NCBI GenBank assembly: GCA_964016885.1
Contig: OZ024740.1
Coordinates: 420,794,001 to 420,858,000, forward strand
Length of the DNA stretch: 64,000 nt
Source of the DNA: Eledone cirrhosa
Lineage: Eukaryota
Direction of reading: 5' to 3'
Positions 1-15,800 of the stretch are shown in pieces (position 1 is the stretch's first letter; each line of letters starts with the position of its first letter). The notes below the pieces were generated by a model. The model worked only from the letters and a program-made list of their open reading frames with translations, was not told the DNA's origin and did not search any database. The translations under genes and the position numbers were made by a program.

Positions 1-26
1 TATATATATATATATATATATACATA

Positions 27-78
<52 letters not shown>

Positions 79-79
79 G

Positions 80-2654
80 AGGAGAAGAATATGGAAGTTA
101 AAGGACCCCATAGCCAGTGACAAATTTAAAAGCTTATTACTTGATGCCTTTGACAATAAGGAAGCGCATTTAGAGACGTGCGACATAGAGAAACAGTGAC
201 AATTCTTGAAAGTGAACCTGCTGAAAGCAACGGATGAAATCTGTGGCTGGAGCAGACCTATTGGCAGGAGGAGAGTAACTTGGTGGTGGAACAGTAAGGT
301 GGAGGAGACAATCAAGGCCAAAAAGCAGGCTTGGGAAGTAGAGAGCACTATCAAGTGGCCAGGGAGAAGCTAGGAGACAAGTGTACCTTGCAAGAAGGGT
401 AGCAGAGGATAGAAAGTTCAAGCATGTTCTACAACGTGAGGACAAAAAACGTGAGGTATTCAGGATTGCTAGACAATGTGTCAAGGAAAACCGTGATATT
501 GTCAGGGAGAAATGTGTCCGTAATGATAACGGTGTACTTGCCACCACTGATACTGATAAGAAGGTAGCTTGGAAGTGTCACTACGAGAGACCATTAAATG
601 AGGAGAATAAGTGGGAAAAAGATAGTCTGCCCAAAATCGATCCAATAGAAGGACCAGCGGTGCAAGTTAAAGGTAGTATAATAAGTGTAAGGCAATCAAA
701 GATATGAAGACAGGCCAGGCCACTGGGCCTTTGGAGATAGTTGCTGAGATGTTGAGCATCTGGAATGGTAGGGCATGCTATGGTCACCCGGATAGTAAAC
801 CAAGTAATACAGAATGGGGTCACACCAAAAGACTGGCATAGCATCATCATCATTAACTGCTACAAGGGTAAAGGGGATGCTCTAGATAGGGGAAACTATA
901 GAGGCATTAAGTTAGTTGACCAGGTCATGAAGGTCACAGAAAGAGTTATAGCGCAACTAATCAGAGAGCGAATTGATCTAGATGAAATGCAGGTAAAAGT
1001 ACCACAGACGCTCTTTTCCTTGTACGACAACTACAAGAGAAGTACCTAGCTAAAAGTAAACCCCTCTACTTAGCTTTTGTAGACCCGGAGAAAGCTTTTG
1101 ACAGAGTCCCCCGCTCCATTATCTGGTGTGCTCTTAGAAAACTAGGTGTAGATGAATGGCTTGTGAGAGCTATACAAGCTATGTATAAGGAAACAGTCAG
1201 TAAGGTTAGAATTAACAATGAATATTGTGAAGAATTTAGTGTAAAAGTTGGCGTTCATCAAGCCCCCTCTTATTTATTATTGCCCTTCAGGCTATAACAG
1301 AGGAGTTCAAGACCGGCTGCCCATAAGAACTCCTATACGCAGATGATCTAACGCTCATAGCTGAATCAATGACTGAACTAGAGAAGAAATTCGAAACATG
1401 GAAGCATGGCCTAGAATCAAAAGGCCTTAAAGTTAACTTGTCTAAGACTAAAGTCCTAGTTTGTAGAAAGGAAAATAGGGCACAGGTGCCCTCAGGGAAA
1501 TGGCCATGCTCAGTGTGTAGGAAAGGAGTAGGCAGAAATTCCATTTTATGTCCCAAATGCAAAGTATGGGTACATAAAAATTGTAGTGGGATCACAGGTA
1601 AACTATCTAAGAACATAGATTTCATATGTGGCCGATGCTCAGGTGCAATAAGTAGCAAGTGTCCAGAGAACACTAGCTCCTTCTATTGCCCAGATGGTTC
1701 TATAGAAATATACACTTTCCATTACCTGGGTGATGAAATCAGCAGTGGTGGAGGGTGTTCTGAAAGTACAGTAGCCAGAGCCAGAACGTGATGGAAAAAG
1801 TTCAGAGAGCTTATACCGCTGTTGGCCACAAAAGGTTTCTCTCTAAAAATGAAAGGCAGATTGTATGATGCCTGTATGCGAACAGCAATGCTGCGTGGCA
1901 GTGAGACCTGGGCATTGTGTGCAGAGGACCTGCGTAGACTGGAAAGGAACGAAGCATGCATGCTCCGTTGGATGTGTAATAGTAATATACATGAACGGCA
2001 AAGCATAAATGAACTAAGTGAGAAATTAGGAATAAGAGGGATCAGATGCTGTTTACTTGAGAGAAGACTACGTTGGTATGGTCACGTGATGCACATGAAA
2101 GACGACAGCTGCATAAAAAAGTGCAGGGCGATCAAAATTGATCGTAGTTACGGAGTAGGTGACCCAGAAAAACCTGGGATGATCTGATAAATTCCGACCT
2201 CACACACTTACATCTCTCTAAGACAATGTCTGTGGATCGAGATCTTTGGTGCTACACAGTAATACAGAAGACCCGCCTTGCGTATGTACAAAGCGAAACC
2301 TACAGTCAGTAGGCACCTGTTAACCAAATATACACCCCAATCCACTACCCCTACCCTATCCTCCCACTCCCACCAACAGCACAGATAATGAGATCGAGAT
2401 CGTGTAGGTGTCACGACAAAAAACACACAGACCACGCTGTAATGTGGCCGTGTAGGTAACACGGTAAAAAGTTCCCAGTTCCACACTGTAAATGTGGTTG
2501 GTGTTAGGAAGGGCATCCAGCCGTAGAAAACCTGCCAGATAGTCCTATATGAGCGAGACTCGGTCACCCGACCAGCCTTGCCTCAAGTGGGACAACCCAT
2601 CTAACCCATGCTAGCGTGAAAAATGGACATTAAACGAAGATGATGATGATGATG

Positions 2655-2656
<2 letters not shown>
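80..2656 (+). mobile_element. 5'-truncated, decayed RTE-clade LINE (ORF2 reverse transcriptase pseudogene, 3' UTR and (GAT)n tail)
   Basis: Frameshifted fragments YKGKGDALDRGNYRGIKL, FVDPEKAFDRVP (~1076), LLYADDL (~1330), AMLRGSETW and RRLRWYGHVMHM. Ends in TAAACGAA(GAT)n and is flanked by (TA)n. Confidence 0.92.
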
Positions 2657-2714
<58 letters not shown>

Positions 2715-2716
<2 letters not shown>

Positions 2717-3290
2717 AGGCACATGGCTTAGTGGTTAGAGTATTGGGCTTGCAATCGAAAGGTTGTGAGTTCAATTCTCAGAACAGGTGATGTGTTGTTT
2801 CCTTGAGCAAGACACTTTATTTCACATTGCTCCAGTTTACTCAGCTGTAGAAATGAGATGATAGGACTGGGGTCCCTATCATTCAACTGCAAAGTGGTCG
2901 TGGAGGTGCCACAGCAAAAAAGCAACCAGCACTCACTGTAAATGAGGTTGGTGTTAGGAAGGGCATCCACTAGGTTAGCACTCTGGAGCAAGTTTGCTCA
3001 ATACACATTTAAACCATATCTCATTTAGTGAGTAATTGTGAGCAAACGGGATTATAGCTAATATTTCCTGTAACCTTTGTTAATATATATGTGTATATAT
3101 ATATATATGGGATCCCTATCATTCCACTGCAAAGTGGTCGTGTAGGTACCACGGCAAAAAAGCACCCAGCACTCACTGTAAACGAGGTTGGTGTTAGGAA
3201 GGGCATCCAGCTGTAGAAATCAAGCCAGAATCAGTTCCCGTCCCACCTTGCAAGCAGGGAAAAGCGGACGTAAAATGATGATGATGATGA
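2715..3290 (+). mobile_element. tRNA-derived SINE with CORE-like centre and RTE-derived 3' tail (interrupted ~2970-3110)
   Basis: A box TGGCTTAGTGG, B box GTTCAATTC, CCTTGAGCAAGACACTTT core, then GGTTGGTGTTAGGAAGGGCATCCA shared with the LINE 3' UTR, and a (GAT)n tail. Confidence 0.8.
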
Positions 3291-3374
3291 TATATAGTAA
3301 TAATAAATACAAAGACACAAATCCAAAGAAGTTTCAATAAGGATATATATATATATAAAATATATATAAACCCA

Positions 3375-3557
3375 TAGGTGTTATGACAAAAAGCACCCAG
3401 TACTCACTGTAATGAAGTTGGCATTAGGAAAGGCATCCAGCTGTAGAAACCAAGTCAGAATCAGTGCTGTATGAGCAAAACATGGTCACCTTACAACAGG
3501 ACAACTCGTCTAACCCATGCTAGCGTGGAAAAATGGATGTTAAACGGTGATGATGAT
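3375..3557 (+). mobile_element. RTE/SINE 3'-tail fragment
   Basis: GGCATCCAGCTGTAGAAA...CTAACCCATGCTAGCGTGGAAAAATGGA...TAAACGGTGATGATGAT matches 2500-2656. Confidence 0.8.
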
Positions 3558-3892
3558 AATTAACTCATTATTAGTAGAGATTGAAAGTTTAAGCCAAACA
3601 TTTTTTCAGATGATCCTGCTAAGGGTGAAAGCAGAAATGTTTTACTTGAACTTTTAATGTGTATTAATAATACATACATATATATGAGATAAAACGAAGT
3701 TTCGTTTCCATGTTCTTATGTTTTTATTGAGTATGGACCTGTTATGCAAGTTTCACAGATGATTGGTCACCTATGTAAGCTATGGACTTGACACCAGCAT
3801 TGATCTGCTCATTAGATTGGTGATTCATATATATATATACTATGATCAGCATCATCATTGTCATTTTAACGTCTGATTATATATAGAGAAAA

Positions 3893-6800
3893 TGTGTGTA
3901 TTTTATCATGACACTGGTACTACTACTATACAGAGTGTACTGGGTGTATTTTATAGTTACACTGGCATTACTACTTTACAGAGTGTACTGGGTATATTTT
4001 ATAGTTACACTGGCATTACTACTTTACAGAGTGTACTGGGTGTATTTTATCATGACACTGGCATTACTACTTTACAGAGTGTACTGGGTGTATTTTATCA
4101 TGACACTGGTACTACTACTTTACAGAGTGTACTGGGTGTATTTTATCATAACACTGGTATTATTACTTTACAGAGTGTACTGGGTGTATTTTATCATGAA
4201 ACTGGCATTACTACTTTACAGAGTGTACTGGGTATATTTTATCGTTACACTGGCATTACTACTTTACAGAGTGTACTGGGTGTATTTTATAGTTACACTG
4301 GCATTACTACTTTACAGAGTGTACTGGGTGTATTTTATCATGACACAGGCATTACTACTTTACAGAGTGTACTGGGTGTATTTTATCATGACACTGGTAC
4401 TACTACTTTACAGAGTGTACTGGGTGTATTTTATCATAACACTGGCATTATTACTTTACAGAGTGTACTGGGTGTATTTTATCATGACAATGGCAATACT
4501 ACTTTACAGGGTGTACTGGGTGTATTTTATCATGACACTGGTACTACTACTTTACAGAGTGTACTGGGTGTATTTTATCATGACACTGGCATTACTACTT
4601 TACAGAGTGTACTGGGTGTATTTTATAGTTACACTGGCATTACTACTTTACAGAGTGTACTGGGTGTATTTTATAGTTACACTGGCATTCTTACTTTACA
4701 GAGTGTTCTGGGTGTATTTTGTCATGGCTCTAGCATTACTACTTTACAGAGTGTACTAGCTGTATTTTATCGTTACACTGGCATTACTACTTTACAGAGT
4801 GTACTGGGTATATTTTACAGTTACACTGGCATTACTACTTTACAGAGTGTACTGGGTGTATTTTATCATGACACTGGTACTACTACTTTACAGAGTGTAC
4901 TGGGTGTATTTTATCATGACACTGGTATTATTACTTTACAGAGTGTACTGGGTGTATTTTATCATGACACTGGCATTACTACTTTACAGAGTGTATTGGG
5001 TGTATTTTATAGTTACACTGGCATTACTACTTTACAGAGTGTACTGGGTGTATTTTATAGTTACACTGGCATTACTACTTTACAGAGTGTATTGGGTGTA
5101 TTTTATAGTTACACTGGCATTACTACTTTACAGAGTGTACTGGGTGTATTTTATCATGGCTCGGGCATTACTATTTTACAGAGTGTACTGGGTGTATTTT
5201 AACATGACACTGGTAATACTACTTTACAGGGTGTATTGGGTGTATTTTATCATGGCTCTGACATTACTACTTTATAGAGGGTACTGGGTGTATTTTATCA
5301 TCACACTGGTACTACCACTTTACAGAGTGTACTGGGTGTATTTTATCATGTCTCTGGAATTACTACTTTACAGAGTGTACTGGGTGTATTTTATAGTTAC
5401 ACTGGCATTACTACTTTACAGAGTGTATTGGGTGTATTTAATAGCGACACTTGCATTACTACATTACAGAGTGTACTGGGTGTATTTTATAGTTACACTG
5501 GTATTACTACTTTACAGAGTGTACTGGGTGTATTTTATCATGACACTGTTACTACTACTTTACAGAGTGTACTGGGTGTATTTTATCATGGCACTGATAA
5601 TACTACTTTACAGAGTGTACTGGGTGTAATTTATCATGACACTGGCATTACTACATTACAGAGTGTACTGGGTTTATTTTATCATGACACTGGTACTACT
5701 ACGTTACGGAGTGTACTGGGTGTATTTTATCATGACACTGGCATTACTACTTTACAGAGTGTACTGGGTGTGTTTTATCATGGTTCTGGCATTACTACTT
5801 TACAGAGTGTACTTGGTGTATTTTATAGTTACACTGGCATCACTACTTTACGGAGTGTACTGGGTGTATTTTATCATGACACTGGCATTACTACTTTACA
5901 GAGTGTAATGGGTGTATTTTATCGTTACACTTGCATTACTACTTTACAGAGTGTACTGGGTGTATTTTATCATGGCTCTGGCATCACTACTTTACAGAGT
6001 TACAGAGTGTACTGGGTGTATTTTATCATGACACTGGTACTACTACTTTACAGAGTGTACTGGGTGTATTTTATCATGACACTTGCATTACTACTTTACA
6101 GAGTGTACTGGGTGTATTTTATCGTTACACTTGCATTACTATTTTACAGAGTGTATTGGGTGTATTTTATCATGACACAGGTATTACTTCTTTCCAGAGT
6201 GTACTGGGTGTATTTTATCATGACACTGGCATTACTACATTACAGAGTGTACTGGGTGTATTTTATCATGGCACTGGTACTACTACTTTACAGAGTGTAC
6301 TGGGTGTATTTTATCATGACACTGGGATTACTACATTACAGAGTGTACTGGGTTTATTTTATCGTTACACTTGCATTACTACTTTACAGAGTGTACTGGG
6401 TGTATTTTATCATGACTCTGGCATTACTACTTTACAGAGTGTACTGGGTGTATTTTATAGTTACACTGGCATTACTACATTACAGAGTGTACTGGGTGTT
6501 TTTTATAGTCACACTGGCATTACAACTTTACAGAGTGTACTTGGTGTATTTTATCATGACACAGGCATTACTACTTTACAGAGTCTACTTGGTGTATTTT
6601 ATAGTTACACTGGCATTACTACTTTACAGAGTGTACTTGGTGTATTTTATCATGGCACTGGTACTACTACTTTACAGAGTGTACTGGGTGTATTTTATCA
6701 TGTCACTGGCATTACTACTTTACAGAGTGTATTGGGTGTATTTTATTATGACACTGGTACTACTACTTTACAGAGTGTACTGGGTGTATTTTATAGTTAC

Positions 6801-9800
6801 ACTGGCATTACTACTTTACGGAGTGTACTGGGTGTATTTTATCATGACACTGGCATTACTACTTTACAGAGTGTACTGGGTGTATTTTATCATGGCACTG
6901 GTACTACTACTTTACAGGGTGTATTGGGTGTATTTTATCATGACACTGGTACTACTACTTTACAGAGTGTACTGGGTGTATTTTATCATGACACTGGTAC
7001 TACTACTTTACAGAGTGTACTGGGTGTATTTTATAGTTACACTGGCATTACTACTTTACGGAGTGTACTGGGTGTATTTTATCATGACACTGGCATTACT
7101 ACTTTACATAGTGTATTGGGTGTAATTTATCATGGCTCTGGCATTACTACTTTACAGAGTGTACTGGGTGTATTTTATCATGGCTCTGGCATTAATACTT
7201 TACAGAGTGTACTGGGTGTATTTTATAGTTACACTGGCATTACTACTTTACAGAGTGTACTGGGTGTATTTTATAGTTACACTGGCATTACTACATTACA
7301 GAGTGTACTGGGTGTATTTTTTAGTTACACTAGCATTACTACTTTACAGTGTGTACTGGGTGTATTTTATCATAACACTGGTACTACTACTTTACAGAGT
7401 GTACTTGGTGTATTTTATCATGACACTGGTACTACTACTTTACAGAGTGTACTGGGTGTATTTTATCATGACACTGGTACTACTACTTTACAGAGTGTAT
7501 TGGGTGTATTTTATTATGACACTGGTACTACTACTTTACAGAGTGTACTGGGTGTATTTTATAGTTACACTGGCATTACTACTTTACGGAGTGTACTGGG
7601 TGTATTTTATCATGACACTGGCATTACTACTTTACAGAGTGTACTGGGTGTATTTTATCATGACACTGGCATTACTACTTTACAGAGTGTATTCGGTGTA
7701 TTTTATCATGGCTCTGGCATTACTACTTTACAGAGTGTACTGGGTGTATTTTATAGTTACACTGGCATTACTATTTTACAGAGTGTATTGGGTGTATTTT
7801 ATCATGACACTGGCATTACTACTTTACAGAGTGTACTGGGTGTATTTTATCATGACACTGGCATTACTACTTCACAGAGTGTACTGGGTGTATTTTATCG
7901 TTACACTTGCATTACTACTTTACAGAGTGTACTGGGTGTATTTTATCATGACACTGGCATTACTACTTTACAGAGTGTACTGGGTGTATTTTATAGTTAC
8001 ACTGGCATTACTAATTTACAGAGTGTATTGGGTGTATTTTATCATGACACTGGCATTACTACTTTACAGAGTGTACTGGGTATATTTTATAGTTACGCTG
8101 GCATTACTACTTTACAGAGTGTATTGGGTGTATTTTATCATAGCTCTGGCATTACTACTTTACAGAGTGTACTGGGTGTATTTTATCATGACACTGGTAT
8201 TACTTCTTTCCAGAGTGTACTGTGTGTATTTTATCATGACATTGGCATTACTACATTACAGAGTGTACTGGGTGTATTTTATCGTTACACTTGCATTACT
8301 ACTTTACAGAGTGTACTGGGTGTATTTTATAGTTACACTGGCATTACTACATTACAGAGTGTACTGGGTGTATTTTATCATGACACTGGTACTACTACTT
8401 TACAGAGTGTACTGGGTGTATTTTATCATGACACTGGCATTACTACTTTACAGAGTGTATTGGGTGTATTTTATTATGACACTGGTACTACTACTTTACA
8501 GAGTGTACTGGGTGTATTTTATAGTTACACTGGCATTACTACTTTACGGAGTGTACTGGGTGTATTTTATCATGACACTGGCATTACTACTTTACAGAGT
8601 GTACTGGGTGTATTTTATCGTTACACTGTCGTTACTACTATACAGAGTGTACTGGGTGTATTTTATCATGACACTGGCATTACTACTTTACAGAGTGTAC
8701 TGGGTGTATTTTATCGTTACACTGTCGTTACTACTTTACAGAATGTACTGGTGTGTATTTAATCATGACACCGGCATTACTACTTTACAGAGTGCACTGG
8801 GTGTATTTTATCATGACACTGGTACTACTACTTTACAGAATGTACTGGGTGTATTTTATCATGACACTGGTACTACTACTTTACAGAGTCTACTGGGTGT
8901 ATTTTATCATGACACCGGAACTACTACTTTACAGAGTGTACTGGGCTTATTTTATCCTGACACAGGCATTACTACTTTACAGAGTGTACTGGGTGTATTT
9001 TCTCATGACACTGTTACTACTACTTGACAGAGTGTACTGGGTGTATTTTCTCATGACACTGGTACTACTACTTTACAGAGTGCACTGGGTGTATTTTATA
9101 ATGACACTGGTACTACTCCTTTACAGAGTGTATTGGGTGTATTTTATCATGACACTGGAACTACTACTTTACAGAGTGTACTGGGTGTATTTTATCATGT
9201 CACTGGCATTATAATTTACAGAGTGTACTGGGTGTATTTTTTAGTTACACTAGCATTACTACTTTACAGTGTGTACTGGGTGTATTTTGTCATAACACTG
9301 GTACTACTACTTTACAGAGTGTACTGGGTGTATTTTATCATGATACTGGTACTACTACTTTATAGAGTGTACTGGGTGTATTTTATCATGACACTGGCAT
9401 AACTACTTTACAGAGTGTACTGGGTGTATTTTGTTATGTCTCTGGCATTACTACTTTACAGAGTGTACTGGGTGTATTTTATAGTTACACTGGCATTACT
9501 ACTTTACAGAGTGTATTGGGTGTATTTTATAACTACACTTGCATTACTACTTTACAGAGTGTACTGGGTCTATTTTATCATGACACTGTTACTACTACTT
9601 TACAGAGTGTACTGGGTGTATTTTATCATGACAGTGGCATTACTACTTTACAGATTGTACTGGGTGTATTTTATCGTTACGCTTGCATTACTACTTTACA
9701 GAGTGTATTGGGTGTATTTTATCATGGCTCTGGCATTACTCCTTTACAGAGTGTACTAGGTGTATTTTATCATGACACTGGTAATACTTCTTTCCAGAGT

Positions 9801-12800
9801 GTACTGGGTGTATTTTATCATGACACTGGCATTACTACATTACAGAGTGTACTGGGTGTATTTTATAGCTACGCTGGCATTACTACTTTACAGAGTGTAT
9901 TGGGTGTAATTTATCATGGCTCTGACATTAATACTTTACAGAGTGTACTGGGTGTATTTTATCATGGCTCTGGCATTAATACTTTACAGAGTGTACTGGG
10001 TGTATTTTATCATGTCACTGGCATTATAATTTACAGAGTGTACTGGGTGTATTTTATAGTTACACTGGCATTACTACTTTACAGAGTGTATTGGGTGTAT
10101 TTTATAACTACACTTGCATTACTACTTTACAGAGTGTACTGGGTGTATTTTATCATGGCACCGGTACTACTACTTTACAGAGTGTATTGGGTGTACTTTA
10201 TCATGACACTGGTACTACTTCTTACAGAGTGTACTGGGTGTATTTTATCATGACACTGGCATTACTACTTTACAGAGTGTAATGGGTGTATTTTATCGTT
10301 ACACTTGCATTACTACTTTACAGAGTGTACTGGGTGTATTTTATCATGGCTCTGGCATCACTACTTTACAGAGTGTACTGGGTGTATTTTATCATGACAC
10401 TGGTACTACTACTTTACAGAGTGTACTGGGTGTATTTTATCATGACACTTGCATTACTACTTTACAGAGTGTACTGGGTGTATTTTATCGTTACACTTGC
10501 ATTACTATTTTACAGAGTGTATTGGGTGTATTTTATCATGACACAGGTATTACTTCTTTCCAGAGTGTACTGGGTGTATTTTATCATGACACTGGCATTA
10601 CTACATTACAGAGTGTACTGGGTGTATTTTATCATGGCACTGGTACTACTACTTTACAGAGTGTACTGGGTGTATTTTATCATGACACTGGCATTACTAC
10701 ATTACAGAGTGTATTGGCTTTATTTTATCGTTACACTTGCATTACTACTTTACAGAGTGTACTGGGTGTATTTTATCATGACTCTGGCATTACTACTTTA
10801 CAGAGTGTACTGGGTGTATTTTATAGTTACACTGGCATTACTACATTACAGAGTGTACTGGGTGTTTTTTATAGTCACACTGGCATTACAACTTTACAGA
10901 GTGTACTTGGTGTATTTTATCATGACACAGGCATTACTACTTTACAGAGTCTACTTGGTGTATTTTATAGTTACACTGGCATTACTACTTTACAGAGTGT
11001 ACTTGGTGTATTTTATCATGGCACTGGTACTACTACTTTACAGAGTGTACTGGGTGTATTTTATCATGTCACTGGCATTGCTACTTTACAGAGTGTATTG
11101 GGTGTATTTTATTATGACACTGGTACTACTACTTTACAGAGTGTACTGGGTGTATTTTATAGTTACACTGGCATTACTACTTTACGGAGTGTACTGGGTG
11201 TATTTTATCATGACACTGGCATTACTACTTTACAGAGTGTACTGGGTGTATTTTATCATGGCACTGGTACTACTACTTTACAGAGTGTATTGGGTGTATT
11301 TTATCATGACACTGGCATTACTACTTTACAGAGTGTACTGGGTGTATTTTATAATGACACTGGTACTACTACTTTACAGAGTGTACTGGGTGTATTTTAT
11401 CCTGACACTGGCATTACTACTTTACAGAGTGTACTGGGTGTATTTTATCATGACACTGGCATTACTACTTTACAGAGTGTACTGGGTGTATTTTATCATG
11501 ACACTGGCATTACTACTTTACAGAGTGTACTGGGTGTATTTTATCGTTACACTGGCATTCCTACTTTACAGAGTGTACTGGGTCTATTTTATCATGACAC
11601 TGGTACTACTACTTTACAGAGTGTATTGCGTGTATTTTAGCATGACACTGTCATTACTACTTTACAGAGTGTACTGGGTTTATTTTATAGTTACACTGGC
11701 ATTACTACTTTACAGAGTGTACTGGGTGTATTTTATAGTTACACTGGCATTACTACTTTACAGAGTGTACTTGGTGTATTTTATCATGACACTGGTACTA
11801 CTACTTTACAGAGTGTACTGGGTGTATTTTATAGTTACACTGGCATTACTACTTTACAGAGTGTACTGGGTGTATTTCATCATGTCACTGGCATTACTAC
11901 TTTACAGAGTGTACTGGGTGTATTTTATAGTTACACTGGCATTACTACTTTACAGAGTGTACTTGGTGTATTTTATCATGACACTGGTAATACTACTTTA
12001 CAGAGTGTACTGGGTGTATTTTATCATGACACTGGCATTACTACATTACAGAGTGTACTGGGTGTATTTTATAGTTACACTGTCATTATTACTTTACAGA
12101 GTGTACTGGGTGTATTTTATCATGACACTGGTACTACTACTTTACAGTGTACTGGGTGTATTTTATCATGACACTGGCATTACTACTTTACAGAGTGTAC
12201 TGGTTGTATTTTATCATGACACTGGTACTACTAATTTACAGAGTGTATTGGGTGTATTTTATTATGACACTGGTACTATTACTTTACAGAGTGTACTGGG
12301 TGTATTTTATCATGACACTGACATTACTACTTTACAGAGTGTACTGGGTGTATTTTATCGTTAAACTGGCATTACTACTTTACAGAGTGTACTGGGTGTA
12401 TCTTATCATGACACTGGCATTACTACTTTACAGAGTGTACTGGGTGTATTTTATCATGACACTGGTACTGCTACTTTACGGAGGGTATTGGGTATATTTT
12501 ATCATGACACTGGTACTACTACTTTACAGAGTGTACTGGGTGTATTTTATCATGTCACTGACATTACTACTTTACAGAGTGTACTGGGTGTATTTTATCA
12601 TGGCACTGGCATTACTACTTTACAGAGTGTACTGGGTGTATTTTATCGTGACACTGTTACTACTACTTTACAGAGTGTACTGGGTGTATTTTATTATGAC
12701 ACTGGCATTACTACATTACAGAGTGTACTGGGTGTATTTTATCATGACACTGGCATTACTACTTTACAGAGTGTACTGGGTGTATTTTATCGTTTCAATT

Positions 12801-15800
12801 GCATTACTACATTACAGAGTGTACTGGGTGTATTTTTTAGTTACACTGGCATTACTACTTTACAGAGTGTACTGCGTGTATTTTATCATGACACTAGTAC
12901 TACTACTTTACAGAGTGTACTGGGTGTATTTTATCGTTACACTGGCATTACTACTTTACAGAGTGTACTGTGTGTATTTTATCATAACACTGGCATTACT
13001 ACTTTACAGAGTGTACTGGGTGTATTTTATCGTTACACTGGCATTACTACTTTACAGAGTGTACTGTGTGTATTTTATCATAACACTGGCATTACTACTT
13101 TACAGAGTGTACTGGGTGTATTTTATCGTTACACTGGCATTACTACTTTACAGAGTGTACTGTGTGTATTTTATCATAACACTGGCATTACTACTTTACA
13201 GAGTGTACTGGGTGTATTTTATTATGCCACTGGCATTACCACTTTACAGAGTGTACTGGGTGTATTTTATAGTTACACTGGCATTACTACTTTACAGAGT
13301 GTACTGGGTGTATTTTATAATGACACTGGTACTACAACTTTACAGAGTGTACTGGGTGTATTTTATCCTGACACTGGCATTACTACTTTACAGAGTGTAC
13401 TGGGTGTATTTTATCATGACACTGGCATTACTACTTTACAGAGTGTATTGGGTGTATTTTATAGTTACACTGGCATTACTACATTACAGAGTGTACTGGG
13501 TCTATTTTATAGTTACACTGGTACTACTACTTTACAGAGTGTACTGGGTGTATTTTATCCTGACACTGGAATTACTACTTTACAGAGTGTACTGGGTGTA
13601 TTTTATCATGACACTGGCATTACTACTTTACAGAGTGTACTGGGTGTATTTTATCATGACACTGGCATTACTACTTTACAGAGTGTACTGGGTGTATTTT
13701 ATCGTTTCAATTGCATTACTACATTACAGAGTGTACTGGGTGTATTTTATAGTTACACTGGCATTACTACTTTACAGAGTGTACTGGGCGTATTTTATCA
13801 TGACACTGGTACTACTAATTTACAGAGTGTACTGGGTGTATTTTATCATGGGTCTATTTTATCATGACACTGGTACTACTACTTTACAGAGTGTATTGCG
13901 TGTATTTTAGCATGACACTGTCATTACTACTTTACAGAGTGTACTGGGTGTATTTCATCATGTCACTGGCATTACTACTTTACAGAGTGTACTGGGTGTA
14001 TTTTATAGTTACACTGGCATTACTACTTTACAGAGTGTACTTGGTGTATTTTATCATGACACTGGTACTACTACTTTACAGAGTGTACTGGGTGTATTTT
14101 ATAGTTACACTGGCATTACTACTTTACAGAGTGTACTTGGTGTATTTTATCATGACACTGGTACTACTACTTTACAGAGTGTACTTGGTGTATTTTATCA
14201 TGACACTGGTACTACTACTTTACAGAGTGTACTGGGTGTATTTTATCATGACACTGGCATTACTACATTACAGAGTGTACTGGGTGTATTTTATAGTTAC
14301 GCTGGCATTACTACATTACAGAGTGTACTGGGTGTATTTTATAGTTACACTGTCATTACTACTTTACAGAGTGTACTGGGTGTATTTTATCATGACACTG
14401 GTACTACTACTTTACAGTGTACTGGGTGTATTTTATCATGACACTGGCATTACTACTTTACAGAGTGTATTGGGTGTATTTTATAGTTACACTGGCATTA
14501 CTACTTTACAGAGTGTATTGGTTGTATTTTATCATGACACTGGTACTACTACTTTACAGAGTGTATTGGGTGTATTTTATTATGACACTGGTACTATTAC
14601 TTTACAGAGTGTACTGGGTGTATTTTATCATGACACTGGCATTACTACTTTACAGAGTGTACTGGGTGTATTTTATCGTTAAACTGGCATTACTACTTTA
14701 CAGAGTGTACTGGGTGTATCTTATCATGACACTGGCATTACTACTTTACAGAGTGTACTGGGTGTATTTTATCATGACACTGGTACTGCTACTTTACGGA
14801 GGGTATTGGGTATATTTTATCATGACACTGGTACTACTACTTTACAGAGTGTACTGGGTGTATTTTATCATGTCACTGACATTACTACTTTACAGAGTGT
14901 ACTGGGTGTATTTTATAGTCACACTGGCATTACTACATTACAGAGTGTACTGGGTGTATTTTATAGTTACACTGGCATTACTACTTTACAGAGTGTACTG
15001 GGTGTATTTTACAATGACACTGGTACTACTACTTTACAGAGTGTACTGGGTGTATTTTATCATGACACTGGTACTACTACTTTACAGAGTGTACTGGGTG
15101 TATTTTATCATGACACTGGTACTACTACTTTACAGAGTGTACTGGGTGTATTTTATAACTACACTTGCATTACTACTTTACAGAGTGTACTGGGTGTATT
15201 TTATCGTTAAACTGGCATTACTACTTTACAGAGTGTACTGGGTGTATCTTATCATGACACTGGCATTACTACTTTACAGAGTGTACTGGGTGTATTTTAT
15301 CATGACACTCGTACTGCTACTTTACAGAGTGTACTGGGTGTATTTTATCATGACACTGGTACTACTACTTTACAGAGTGTACTGGGTGTATTTTATCATG
15401 ACACTGGTACTACTAATTTACAGAGTGTACTGGGTGTATTTTATCATGACACTGGCATTACTACATTACAGAGTGTACTGGGTGTATTTTATCATGACAC
15501 TGGCATTACTACTTTACAGAATGTACTGGGTGTATTTTATCGTTACACTGTCATTACTACTATACAGTGTACTGGGTGTATTTTATCATGACACTGGCAT
15601 TACTACTTTACAGAGTGTACTGGGTGTATTTTATCATGAAACTGGTACTACTACTTTACAGAGTGTACTGGGTGTATTTTATAGTTACACTGGAATTACT
15701 ACTTTACAGAGTGTACTGGGTGTATTTTCTCGTTCCACTGGCATTACTACTTTACAGAGTGTACTGGGTGTATCTTATCATGACACTGGCCTTACTACTT

